Shown: in pieces, positions 27,835 to 36,632 of the stretch | How the letters are laid out: each line of letters begins with the position of its first letter | Numbering within the stretch: position 1 is the first letter of the stretch | NCBI GenBank assembly: GCA_945898185.1 | Contig: CAMDHP010000002.1 | Span: 668-64,667 of the forward strand | DNA: 64,000 nt | Source: Akkermansia muciniphila | GTDB lineage: Bacteria > Verrucomicrobiota > Verrucomicrobiia > Opitutales > Opitutaceae | Reading direction: 5' to 3' | Position numbers and translations under genes: made by a program | Notes under the pieces: generated by a model | Told to the model about the DNA's origin: nothing | Database searches by the model: none | What the model saw: the letters and a program-made list of their open reading frames with translations, nothing else

Positions 27835-28940
27835 AAGACCTCCGGTTTCATCCGCGCCACGTCCTCCACCCGCACAAAAGCCCCCGACTGCGGCCCGTCC
27901 GCCCGCATGTCAGCAAACAACGGCCACACGCCAAATCCCAACGCTCTCGGCTTCGATATCGCCGATCCGCCCGCCAACTCCAACGCCCGCGCCTCCGCCC
28001 ACGCAAAGGCCAGCCGCAGCGCCGCCTGCGCACCCACCCGTGTCTCCAGCGCCGACCCGAAAACGACATCCGCCTTCGCCTTCGCGAGCGCGGCCAGCAC
28101 CGGTCCCGGCTCGCCGAATAGCGCAGGTTTCAAAATCCAAACGCCGCGCCAATCTTCCGCCAGCCACCGCGCCACGTCGCCCGCCCCGCCGAGCGATTCA
28201 TCAAGCGCGATCGGTGTCGGATAATCCGCCGCCAATCCCCGCAAGATATCCTCCGCTTTCCGCACCGCGCACGCGCCTTGCGCCGTCTCGGTAAAGCAGG
28301 GTTGCTCCACATACTCCACCGGGCGCTCCGCTGCGCGCTCCATCCACCGCTCCGCCGTGCGCCGGTCCCAAGCTCCGTTGGCATCCAGTCGCAGCTTCGC
28401 GCCCTCGGGCAACCGCCCGAGCAGATCGTCGAAAATCGCCCACTCATCCGCAGCCGCCTCGACGCCGACCTTCCACTTAAAAACGCGAAATCCCAGCTCC
28501 AGCTTAGTCTCCACCGCCGCCAACGCCGCCCGCCCCGCCGGCAAGAGCCCCGCCAGCGGCAAAAACTTCACCAAAGTGCCATGGGCGTCCCGACCATGTT
28601 CCGTCTCTGTTTCCGCCCTTACCGCCGCGCCCCCGAGCGCCGCCGCCAAGCCCGCCCGCACGCACCCGCACGCCACCGGCACCCGCACCAGCGCATCCGA
28701 CAAATCCTCCGCCCGCCCGTCTAATCCTGCCAACGCCGCCTCCGCGTCCTCCAGCGTCTCGCTTCCGAACCACGCAATCGGCGCCACTTCGCCCCAACCC
28801 ACCGTCCCCACTTCGCGCCCGCCCACCTCCACCTGCACCGCGCGAATCAAAATCCCCTCCCGCTCAACCCAAGCCCCATGCGCTGTCCGCACCGAAAGCA
28901 AAAACGGCAGACGATAGGGGCGATGTTCGATCTTCCACAT
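27816..28940 (-). CDS. menC: o-Succinylbenzoate synthase (enolase superfamily)
   Basis: GWGEVAP, FKWKVG (KxK), LRLDANG, VEQP, ALDES, ILKP. Confidence 0.85.
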   Translation of the reverse strand: MWKIEHRPYRLPFLLSVRTAHGAWVEREGILIRAVQVEVGGREVGTVGWGEVAPIAWFGSETLEDAEAALAGLDGRAEDLSDALVRVPVACGCVRAGLAAALGGAAVRAETETEHGRDAHGTLVKFLPLAGLLPAGRAALAAVETKLELGFRVFKWKVGVEAAADEWAIFDDLLGRLPEGAKLRLDANGAWDRRTAERWMERAAERPVEYVEQPCFTETAQGACAVRKAEDILRGLAADYPTPIALDESLGGAGDVARWLAEDWRGVWILKPALFGEPGPVLAALAKAKADVVFGSALETRVGAQAALRLAFAWAEARALELAGGSAISKPRALGFGVWPLFADMRADGPQSGAFVRVEDVARMKPEVLWNALS

Positions 28941-29021
28941 AAACTTCCGCCAAAGGAGCTCCGCCCTGCCAATGGGTCAACCTTCCGCGCCCCTCTTCGC
29001 AATATATCGCACGAGAGGCGC

Positions 29022-29037
29022 CTGCACACGTTTGCAG
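29022..29037. promoter_or_regulatory. Palindromic operator-like site CTGCACACGTTTGCAG (LacI-family-like) upstream of the sugar kinase
   Basis: One mismatch to the TGNAANCGNTTNCA pattern; about 150 bp upstream of the kinase start. Confidence 0.45.
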
Positions 29038-29183
29038 ACGTCGTTTGATTGCGAACGCGCGGTGCGCATTTAGTCGTTTTCTTACTGGGGTCGGTCTGCC
29101 AAATCCCTCTTCCCCCAACCCCGGCCTTCCGCTTCGGCGCTACGTCCCTTAATTTTCCTTTTTTCATCGCAAACTTCATTCCC

Positions 29184-30278
29184 ATGAGCCTCATCATTAA
29201 GCCCGCCCGCTCCACCGTCTTCGACCAAGTCTCTCTCGGCGAAGTCATGCTCCGTCTCGATCCCGGCGAGGGCCGCGTGCGCACCGCCCGCTCCTTCAGC
29301 GCCTGGGAGGGCGGCGGCGAATACAACACTTCCCGGGGCCTCCGCAAATGCTTCGGCCTCAAAACCGCCGTATGCACCGCTTTCGTGGACAACGAAGTCG
29401 GCCACTTGGTCGAGGACTTCATCATGCAGGGCGGCGTCGCCACCGATTTCATCAAATGGCGCGAGGATGACGGCATCGGTCGCACCGTGCGCAATGGCCT
29501 CAACTTCACCGAGCGCGGCTTCGGCATCCGCGGCGCAGTCGGCGTGCCCGACCGCGGCAACACCGCCACGTCCCAGCTTAAGTCCGGCGATTTCGACTGG
29601 GATAACATTTTCGGCAAACTCGGCTCCCGCTGGTTCCACACCGGCGGTATCTTCGCGGCCCTTTCCGAATCCACCGCCGAGGTCACGATCGAGGCGGTCA
29701 AGGCTGCCAAAAAACACGGCGTGATCGTGTCCTACGATCTCAACTACCGCCCTTCGCTCTGGAAGACCATTGGCGGCCTCAAAAAAGCCCAGGAAGTCAA
29801 CCGCGAGATCGCCAAATACGTGGACGTAATGATCGGCAACGAGGAGGACTTTACTGCCTCGCTCGGCTTCCAGGTTAAGGGCCAGGAGACGCTCGGTCAC
29901 ATCGAGCTCGACGCCTTCAAAGCCATGATCGAGACCGCGGTGAAGGAGTTCCCCAACTTCAAGGTCGCCGCCACCACCCTTCGCCACGTCATCACCGCCA
30001 CCAAGAACGATTGGTCCGCCATCCTATGGCACGATGGCAAGTTCCACGAGAGCCGGCAATATCCCGGCCTCGAGATCCTCGACCGCGTGGGCGGCGGCGA
30101 CTCCTTCGCGTCCGGCGTGCAATTCGGTTTTCTGGAGTTCAACGACGCCCAAAAAGCGGTCGAATACGGTGCCGCACACGGCGCGCTCGCCTCGACAACT
30201 CCCGGCGATACCTCAATGGCCACCCGCAAGGAGGTCGAGAAGACCATCGGCGGCGGCGGCGCTCGCGTCGTTCGCTAA
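29184..30278 (+). CDS. kdgK: PfkB-family sugar kinase, 2-keto-3-deoxygluconate kinase-like
   Basis: LGEVMLRL, GGGEYN, DLNYRPSLW, DRVGGGDSF, GDTS. Confidence 0.8.
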   Translation: MSLIIKPARSTVFDQVSLGEVMLRLDPGEGRVRTARSFSAWEGGGEYNTSRGLRKCFGLKTAVCTAFVDNEVGHLVEDFIMQGGVATDFIKWREDDGIGRTVRNGLNFTERGFGIRGAVGVPDRGNTATSQLKSGDFDWDNIFGKLGSRWFHTGGIFAALSESTAEVTIEAVKAAKKHGVIVSYDLNYRPSLWKTIGGLKKAQEVNREIAKYVDVMIGNEEDFTASLGFQVKGQETLGHIELDAFKAMIETAVKEFPNFKVAATTLRHVITATKNDWSAILWHDGKFHESRQYPGLEILDRVGGGDSFASGVQFGFLEFNDAQKAVEYGAAHGALASTTPGDTSMATRKEVEKTIGGGGARVVR

Positions 30279-30321
30279 TCGCGCCGCGCTAGGGCGATCT
30301 AGTTTAAAGAATCCTTGTTTC

Positions 30322-30353
30322 GAGGCCGGTCGCCCGTGCGTCCGGTCTTTTTT
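30322..30353 (+). terminator. Probable intrinsic terminator of the kinase gene
   Basis: GGCCGG / CCGGTC stem followed by a T-tract. Confidence 0.55.
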
Positions 30354-30458
30354 CACCTCTCCGCGATTTGAAGAGAGAAAAATACTTGTCACGCGTCCTC
30401 TAGATCCGTAATCCCCTTAACCTTTCATCCGATTCAACCTACCCGCCCACTTCCCGCC

Positions 30459-30614
30459 ATGTCCCAACACAATAGTCTCCAAGGTGCCAAAGGCATCGTC
30501 ATTAAACGTAATGTCCTGAAGCGTTTCGAGCGCGTCGCCATTCTCAAAAAACGCGGCCAGTGGAAGGAAGGCGAGCGCATCATGGGTATGCGCAAGACCA
30601 AGCCCGACGTCTAA
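30459..30614 (+). CDS. Small basic protein, PVC-superphylum signature protein family (51 aa)
   Basis: Below the ORF-track cutoff. Manual translation MSQHNSLQGAKGIVIKRNVLKRFERVAILKKRGQWKEGERIMGMRKTKPDV contains the family's KRNVLKRFERV core. Confidence 0.88.
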   Translation: MSQHNSLQGAKGIVIKRNVLKRFERVAILKKRGQWKEGERIMGMRKTKPDV

Positions 30615-30655
30615 AGCACCCGTTTTTGCTGCAGGGCTCACGCGTCTACTCTCCC

Positions 30656-30691
30656 GGCAGTCCGGCCTTCATTGGCCTGACTGCCTTTTTT
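30656..30691 (+). terminator. Intrinsic terminator after the small basic protein gene
   Basis: GGCAGTC.GGCC / GGCC.GACTGCC followed by T6. Confidence 0.7.
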
Positions 30692-30824
30692 ATGCCCGCA
30701 TCACGCGCGGGTATGATGTGCCATGGCAGGGTGTGACCGCCCAGAAGCGCCGCGTCGGGCGGGGTTACCACCTTCGCAGCACTCACGCCCCTCTGAAGCG
30801 GAAAGAGACAAAGCCCGAAACCGG

Positions 30825-31904
<1,080 letters not shown>

Positions 31905-31958
31905 TTAGCTCTCACGCAAAGATCCACCCGGCCTCTCAAACGGGTTTAATGCCCGACC

Positions 31959-33362
31959 TCAAAGATGCAGCTTCAGCCCGTGGCGGAGGTAGGTAGGCAC
32001 GTCGAGATCGGCACCCTCAAAGAGGTTGCGGTCGGATTTCTCGAAGCTTCCACGGGTCTCGTGCTCGCCAAAGGTGAACTCGTTTTGGGCAACGGGCGCA
32101 CCCGGACCGCTCTTTTTAATCCGAGTGACGGTTCCGAATACATCGCCAAAAAAACCGCCGCTCGTCGCCGACGATGCGGGCGCTGCAGGCACCACCGGAA
32201 TCAGAGCCCCCCTGCCGGCCGGAACCGATGAATCATCCACCTTCAGCAGCGCACCGCCGCTTGAGACGGCAGGGAGCAATTCGGTCTCGCTGGACGACGA
32301 TTGATTCACCGCCGCGCGGGCGCGGGAGTTTGCAGCGCTGCGGCCGCGGGGCGTATAAATACGGCTGCCTGAATCACTCGTTCCAAGAACGGATAATTCT
32401 ATCCGGCCCTGGCAGTTTTCATCAATCACAGCGCCCATGATCACGTGCGCCTCTTTTCCAAATTGCTCGGTCACCGCGCTCATAATCTCATTCACCTTGG
32501 GCAGGCTGAGATCGGTGCCGCCCACGATGTTCACCAACAGGCGGTCGGCCTTGCGGGCAAACTCAGGCGTGGCCAGCAGCGGGCACAGCTTGAGATTCTC
32601 CAGCACATCCGCGACCGGATCTGCACCGCCGCCCGTGGCGAGGCCGAAGAGAGTCTTTCCGCCGCGAGTGTGGAAGGCTTGGCGCAAGGTGGAGAAATCG
32701 AGGTTGATCAGACCAGTGCGAAACAGCATCGACCACACGGATTTGATGCCGCGACCGATCCACTCATCGGCCCGGGCAAAGGAGTCGAGCGCGGTCTCGC
32801 CCTCGGAGGCTTCCTGAAGCAACAGATCGTTTGGCAGCGGAATCACGGCGTCGCACACTTTGCGCAGCGCGGCGAGGCCCTCGTCTGCCTGTTTGGCCCG
32901 ACGTCCGCCTTCGAAGCTGAACGGCATGGTCACAAACGCGATCACGAGCGCCCCTTGCTCAATCGCCACTTCGGCGACAGTCGGAGCCGCGCCGGAACCG
33001 GTGCCGCCGCCCATGCCGGCGATCAGGAAGACAAGGTCGCAGTCCTTGACCACCGCGGCAATTTTTTCGCGATCCGCCTCCGCGGCCTGACGGCCGAGAT
33101 CAAGATCTGCCCCGGCCCCGAGTCCGCGGGTCACGGTCGCGCCGAGGAGAACTTTGTCCTGAACCGGCGAGGCGGCGAGGGCCTGCGCGTCGGTGTTGAG
33201 CACCGCCATTTGGAGACGTTCAAGGTTCTCCATTTTAAGGCGATCCACCGCGTTGGAACCAGCCCCACCGAGGCCGATCACCTTGATCGCGATGCGTCGG
33301 TCGGTCAGCAGGTCGGCGGAGAAGGGTAGCGGAATCTCGTTGGTGGTGTCGGAGAAGGACAT
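31959..33362 (-). CDS. ftsZ: Cell division protein FtsZ
   Basis: GGAGSNAV, NTDAQAL, GMGGGTGSG, PFSFEG, C-terminal LDVPTYLR. Confidence 0.96.
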   Translation of the reverse strand: MSFSDTTNEIPLPFSADLLTDRRIAIKVIGLGGAGSNAVDRLKMENLERLQMAVLNTDAQALAASPVQDKVLLGATVTRGLGAGADLDLGRQAAEADREKIAAVVKDCDLVFLIAGMGGGTGSGAAPTVAEVAIEQGALVIAFVTMPFSFEGGRRAKQADEGLAALRKVCDAVIPLPNDLLLQEASEGETALDSFARADEWIGRGIKSVWSMLFRTGLINLDFSTLRQAFHTRGGKTLFGLATGGGADPVADVLENLKLCPLLATPEFARKADRLLVNIVGGTDLSLPKVNEIMSAVTEQFGKEAHVIMGAVIDENCQGRIELSVLGTSDSGSRIYTPRGRSAANSRARAAVNQSSSSETELLPAVSSGGALLKVDDSSVPAGRGALIPVVPAAPASSATSGGFFGDVFGTVTRIKKSGPGAPVAQNEFTFGEHETRGSFEKSDRNLFEGADLDVPTYLRHGLKLHL

Positions 33363-33393
33363 GGCGGATGAAAAAAGGGGGGGGGGTTTGGTT

Positions 33394-34608
33394 TTAGAGG
33401 CGCGAAATAGTGTCCAACACGTTGCGCATCTTTTGGAGGAAACCGGGCGGGCGGGATGAGTTTTCCTCGACCTGCTGGGTGAGTCCTTGATGAAGCAAAC
33501 CGAGCGACGTGCTGTAGCGACCGTGGCGGAGGTTTTCCGAGATATCAACGCGGGGCTGTCCGATGCGGGCAGGCACTTCAAATACTCGCGCGGCGGCATC
33601 CTCGAGACCGGGGATCACGGATGAGCCGCCGGTGATGACGACTCCGGAGCGGGTCTCGCCGGAGGTGTAAAGGTTGCCTAGCTTCTTAAGCACAATCTCG
33701 AAAATCTCACGGAGGCGCGCGGCAGTGATCTGCTCGATCGTCATGCGCGGAAACTGGCGATCGCCGATGCTTTGATCGCCATTGAGCCAGACAATCTCGC
33801 TGCGGTCTTTGGCCGCGACGGTGGCGCGTCCATGAAGCGTCTTTATCTTATCGGCCTGACTCTCGGTGATGCGCAGGCCGAGCGAAAGATCATTGGTAAG
33901 ATGCGAGCCGCCGACCGGAACCACGCCCGCCACATAGGCGCGACCGTGGCGATAGTAGGCGTAGTCCGTGGTGCCAGCTCCGATATCAATCACTAGGATG
34001 CCGTGATGCCTCTCCTCGGGCGTGGTCAGGATATTGCCACTGGCAAGACCAGAGAGGACGAGCTGGGAGACGGGCAGGTTGAAATTTCGGATGATGTGGA
34101 TGTTGTCCGCGATGCGATGTTGATCGCCGTGCACGTGCCAGACTCCCACTGCAAGTTTGTTACCACGGATATCCTCCGGCGAGGCCACCATCGTGTCGTC
34201 AACATAGTATGGACGGCGTAGGTAGTGGACGTTGCACCGATCCGGGGGCAGGGCCTTCGACTTCGCGAGACCCAACGCGCTCTCTATATCGTATCGACAA
34301 ACGCGCCCCTCAAGACCGCCGACGTTGACCTCTCCCGCGTGATAGAAGCCATCAATGTGGCCGCCGCTCTGGGCGAGAAAAACCTGGTTTAAACGCACGC
34401 CGGCGCTGTTTTCAGCAGCAACGAGTGCACGATGCGTAGCCTCTCCGGCGGTGGGCTTATCCACTACGGTGCCCTTGAGCACGCCCCGAGAGGGGAACTC
34501 GCCGAGACCAACAACATTGAGGCGGGAGCCGACGACTTCGCCGACGAGAACGGTGACTTTGGATGTGCCGATTTCGACGGCACCAACGATACGGGATTTA
34601 TAGATCAC
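33394..34608 (-). CDS. ftsA: Cell division protein FtsA
   Basis: EIGTSKV, IDIGAGTTD, GGSHLTNDL, ITGGSS; position in the dcw cluster. Confidence 0.93.
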   Translation of the reverse strand: MIYKSRIVGAVEIGTSKVTVLVGEVVGSRLNVVGLGEFPSRGVLKGTVVDKPTAGEATHRALVAAENSAGVRLNQVFLAQSGGHIDGFYHAGEVNVGGLEGRVCRYDIESALGLAKSKALPPDRCNVHYLRRPYYVDDTMVASPEDIRGNKLAVGVWHVHGDQHRIADNIHIIRNFNLPVSQLVLSGLASGNILTTPEERHHGILVIDIGAGTTDYAYYRHGRAYVAGVVPVGGSHLTNDLSLGLRITESQADKIKTLHGRATVAAKDRSEIVWLNGDQSIGDRQFPRMTIEQITAARLREIFEIVLKKLGNLYTSGETRSGVVITGGSSVIPGLEDAAARVFEVPARIGQPRVDISENLRHGRYSTSLGLLHQGLTQQVEENSSRPPGFLQKMRNVLDTISRL

Positions 34609-34633
34609 GGCTGCGGGTTGGGACTGAGTAGAA

Positions 34634-35644
34634 TTACGGGCGGAAAAAAATATAGGTGGCCGGAGGCTGGCGCGTCGCGGCTACCGGGGCACTCGGGCGG
34701 GTTGTGCGACCCGAGCCTGGGGCGGGCACCGCTGGCTCGAAAGCAACCGGAACTTGCCGGCCACCCAAGGAAAGATTGATAGAACGAATCGGCTGCGGCG
34801 AGGGCTGCCCGCGCAACTCGTCGAGGATGTAGTCAAGTCGCGCTAACTGCTGAAAAAAACCGTGCTCGGTATGGGCGCCGAATAAAATCTCCGCAACCTC
34901 AGGCGTGCGCACAATGATCAGCCGATCTCGGGCAAAACGGGTCAGCGAAACACTATGCAAGGAGCGCGCGATTGCGGGCGCCGCCGAGCGCGCGGTGCCA
35001 AGCAGATCAGACACGGCCGCAAGCCCGTCAATGCGGGTGAATCCACGACCAGAGGCGTCGGGGGTGAGAGCCACCCCTTCCAATAAAGGCAAGCCGGAGG
35101 TGAGCATTTCCTCATAACCCTCACCGCTAAAAACGGCACCATCGCGTGCGACAAAGAGAGCGGCACGAACGCCATTCTCTTCCTGCCCCAGCACTCTGAG
35201 AACCGGGCTGCGCTCCTCCATTACCACCGTGAGCACGTCAGGGAGCCGCCGCGAAACGACGGCGGTGTGAACCTGTCCACTGGCCAGCAGACGCTCCTGG
35301 AGCGCGGGGAGATCAAGAGTCATGAGGCCCGCGCCTTTCTCAATCGCGAGGGTGCGCTTTACCCAGGCAAGATCAAGCACCCCGTCGGTCCGGGCGATGA
35401 TCTCGCGGAGCGGCACGGATTTGCCCGGGCCGGCTAGCCCGGCTGGATTATCCCGCCAAGTGCGAAACCCGATGTATCCAGCAAGTAATGACGCCACGAC
35501 CAGGCCGGTGACGGTCCAGAAGCGCACGGCCGACATGATGAGGCGGCGGCGGCCGATGCGAGTGGAAGGATGCGGCGCAGCCGCCTGTGGGATATCCCTC
35601 CAGGTGCCGGTCGTCGGATGCGGAAATGAGGATAATGTGCTCAT
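34634..35644 (-). CDS. ftsQ: Cell division protein FtsQ/DivIB
   Basis: Single TM helix, POTRA-like region with V.RRLPDVLTVVMEER; lies between ddl and ftsA. Confidence 0.8.
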   Translation of the reverse strand: MSTLSSFPHPTTGTWRDIPQAAAPHPSTRIGRRRLIMSAVRFWTVTGLVVASLLAGYIGFRTWRDNPAGLAGPGKSVPLREIIARTDGVLDLAWVKRTLAIEKGAGLMTLDLPALQERLLASGQVHTAVVSRRLPDVLTVVMEERSPVLRVLGQEENGVRAALFVARDGAVFSGEGYEEMLTSGLPLLEGVALTPDASGRGFTRIDGLAAVSDLLGTARSAAPAIARSLHSVSLTRFARDRLIIVRTPEVAEILFGAHTEHGFFQQLARLDYILDELRGQPSPQPIRSINLSLGGRQVPVAFEPAVPAPGSGRTTRPSAPVAATRQPPATYIFFRP

Positions 35645-36624
35645 CGGTGCGGGCAAACTCTGGTGGTCTGAAGGCGATGCACGGCAGGGCTGACAAGCTC
35701 CCGAACCAGCGCGGTGAAATCCAGTCCCGCGCAACGAGCGCTCATCGGCAGCAGACTAGTCTCCTTCATGCCGGGCAGCGTGTTGATTTCCAGCAGATAA
35801 AATTCGTTTTTAGAAATCAGGATAAAATCAACCCTGGCATAGTCGCGGCAACCGCAGGCCGCGAAGGCGGCTTCAGCGGCGCAACGCACGGCAAGGGTGG
35901 CTTCCGCGTCAAGCGGCGCGGGCGCAAGATACTCGGTCGCTCCTTTGGTGTATTTACTGGCAAAGTCATAAACTCCCGAGCGGGGACGGATCTCGACCAC
36001 ACCGAGGGCCTTCCCTTCCAACACGCCGACCGAGAGTTCCCGACCGATGAGGCGGGGCTCCGCGATCCAATTGCCCGGCGTGAGCGCGGCAAGAGCGGCG
36101 GCGATCTGCTCATACCCCTGGGGCAGCACGAGGCCTACGCTGGAGCCTTGGTCGTTGGGCTTGATCACAACGCTTTCACCGAGCGCGGCTATCACCTCAT
36201 CCGCTCCAGGCCGCTCGGCAGCGGAAAACAACAGGTCCGCCGCCACCCGAACCCCGGCGGATGCGGCCGCCCGTTTTGTCGCTGCCTTGTCCATCGTTAG
36301 GGCGGAAGAAGTGGCGCCGCAGCCCGCGTAGGTAATGCCCGCGCCATCGAGTAATCCCTGCATCACACCGTCCTCGCCGAATGTTCCATGCAGGGTTGAA
36401 AAAACCACGTCGCGCGCCGGATCGAGGCCGGCGGGCAGGGCGGCGGCGCGAACGTCAATGAGCCGGGTCGGCCACAATCGCACCAGCGCAGCCGCGGCGG
36501 CGGCACCGGAGCCGAGCGAGACTGCCCGCTCTAAGGATACGCCACCGCAAACGACTGTGATGCGTGGCGCGAGCGGGTGCGCAACGACGGCGGCGGCCTT
36601 TGAACCGGTTAGGGAAGTGGTCAT
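35641..36624 (-). CDS. ddl: D-alanine--D-alanine ligase
   Basis: GGVSLERAVSL, LHGTFGEDG, KPNDQGSSVG, YDFASKY, RVDF, LEINTLPG. Confidence 0.95.
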   Translation of the reverse strand: MTTSLTGSKAAAVVAHPLAPRITVVCGGVSLERAVSLGSGAAAAAALVRLWPTRLIDVRAAALPAGLDPARDVVFSTLHGTFGEDGVMQGLLDGAGITYAGCGATSSALTMDKAATKRAAASAGVRVAADLLFSAAERPGADEVIAALGESVVIKPNDQGSSVGLVLPQGYEQIAAALAALTPGNWIAEPRLIGRELSVGVLEGKALGVVEIRPRSGVYDFASKYTKGATEYLAPAPLDAEATLAVRCAAEAAFAACGCRDYARVDFILISKNEFYLLEINTLPGMKETSLLPMSARCAGLDFTALVRELVSPAVHRLQTTRVCPHR

Positions 36625-36632
36625 GGATGTGC

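Noticed and set aside
31959-33599. Long N-terminal extensions in the ORF track for ftsZ, ftsI, thiL, kdgK, nitroreductase, obgE and the ABC permeases
   Set aside because: They overlap upstream genes or spacers and lack homology. Downstream ATG/GTG starts fit family lengths and gene coupling better.
35641-36624. Ddl as a possible D-Ala-D-Lac (vancomycin-resistance type) ligase
   Set aside because: The omega loop YDFASKY retains the Tyr typical of D-Ala-D-Ala ligases, and it is in the normal dcw position.
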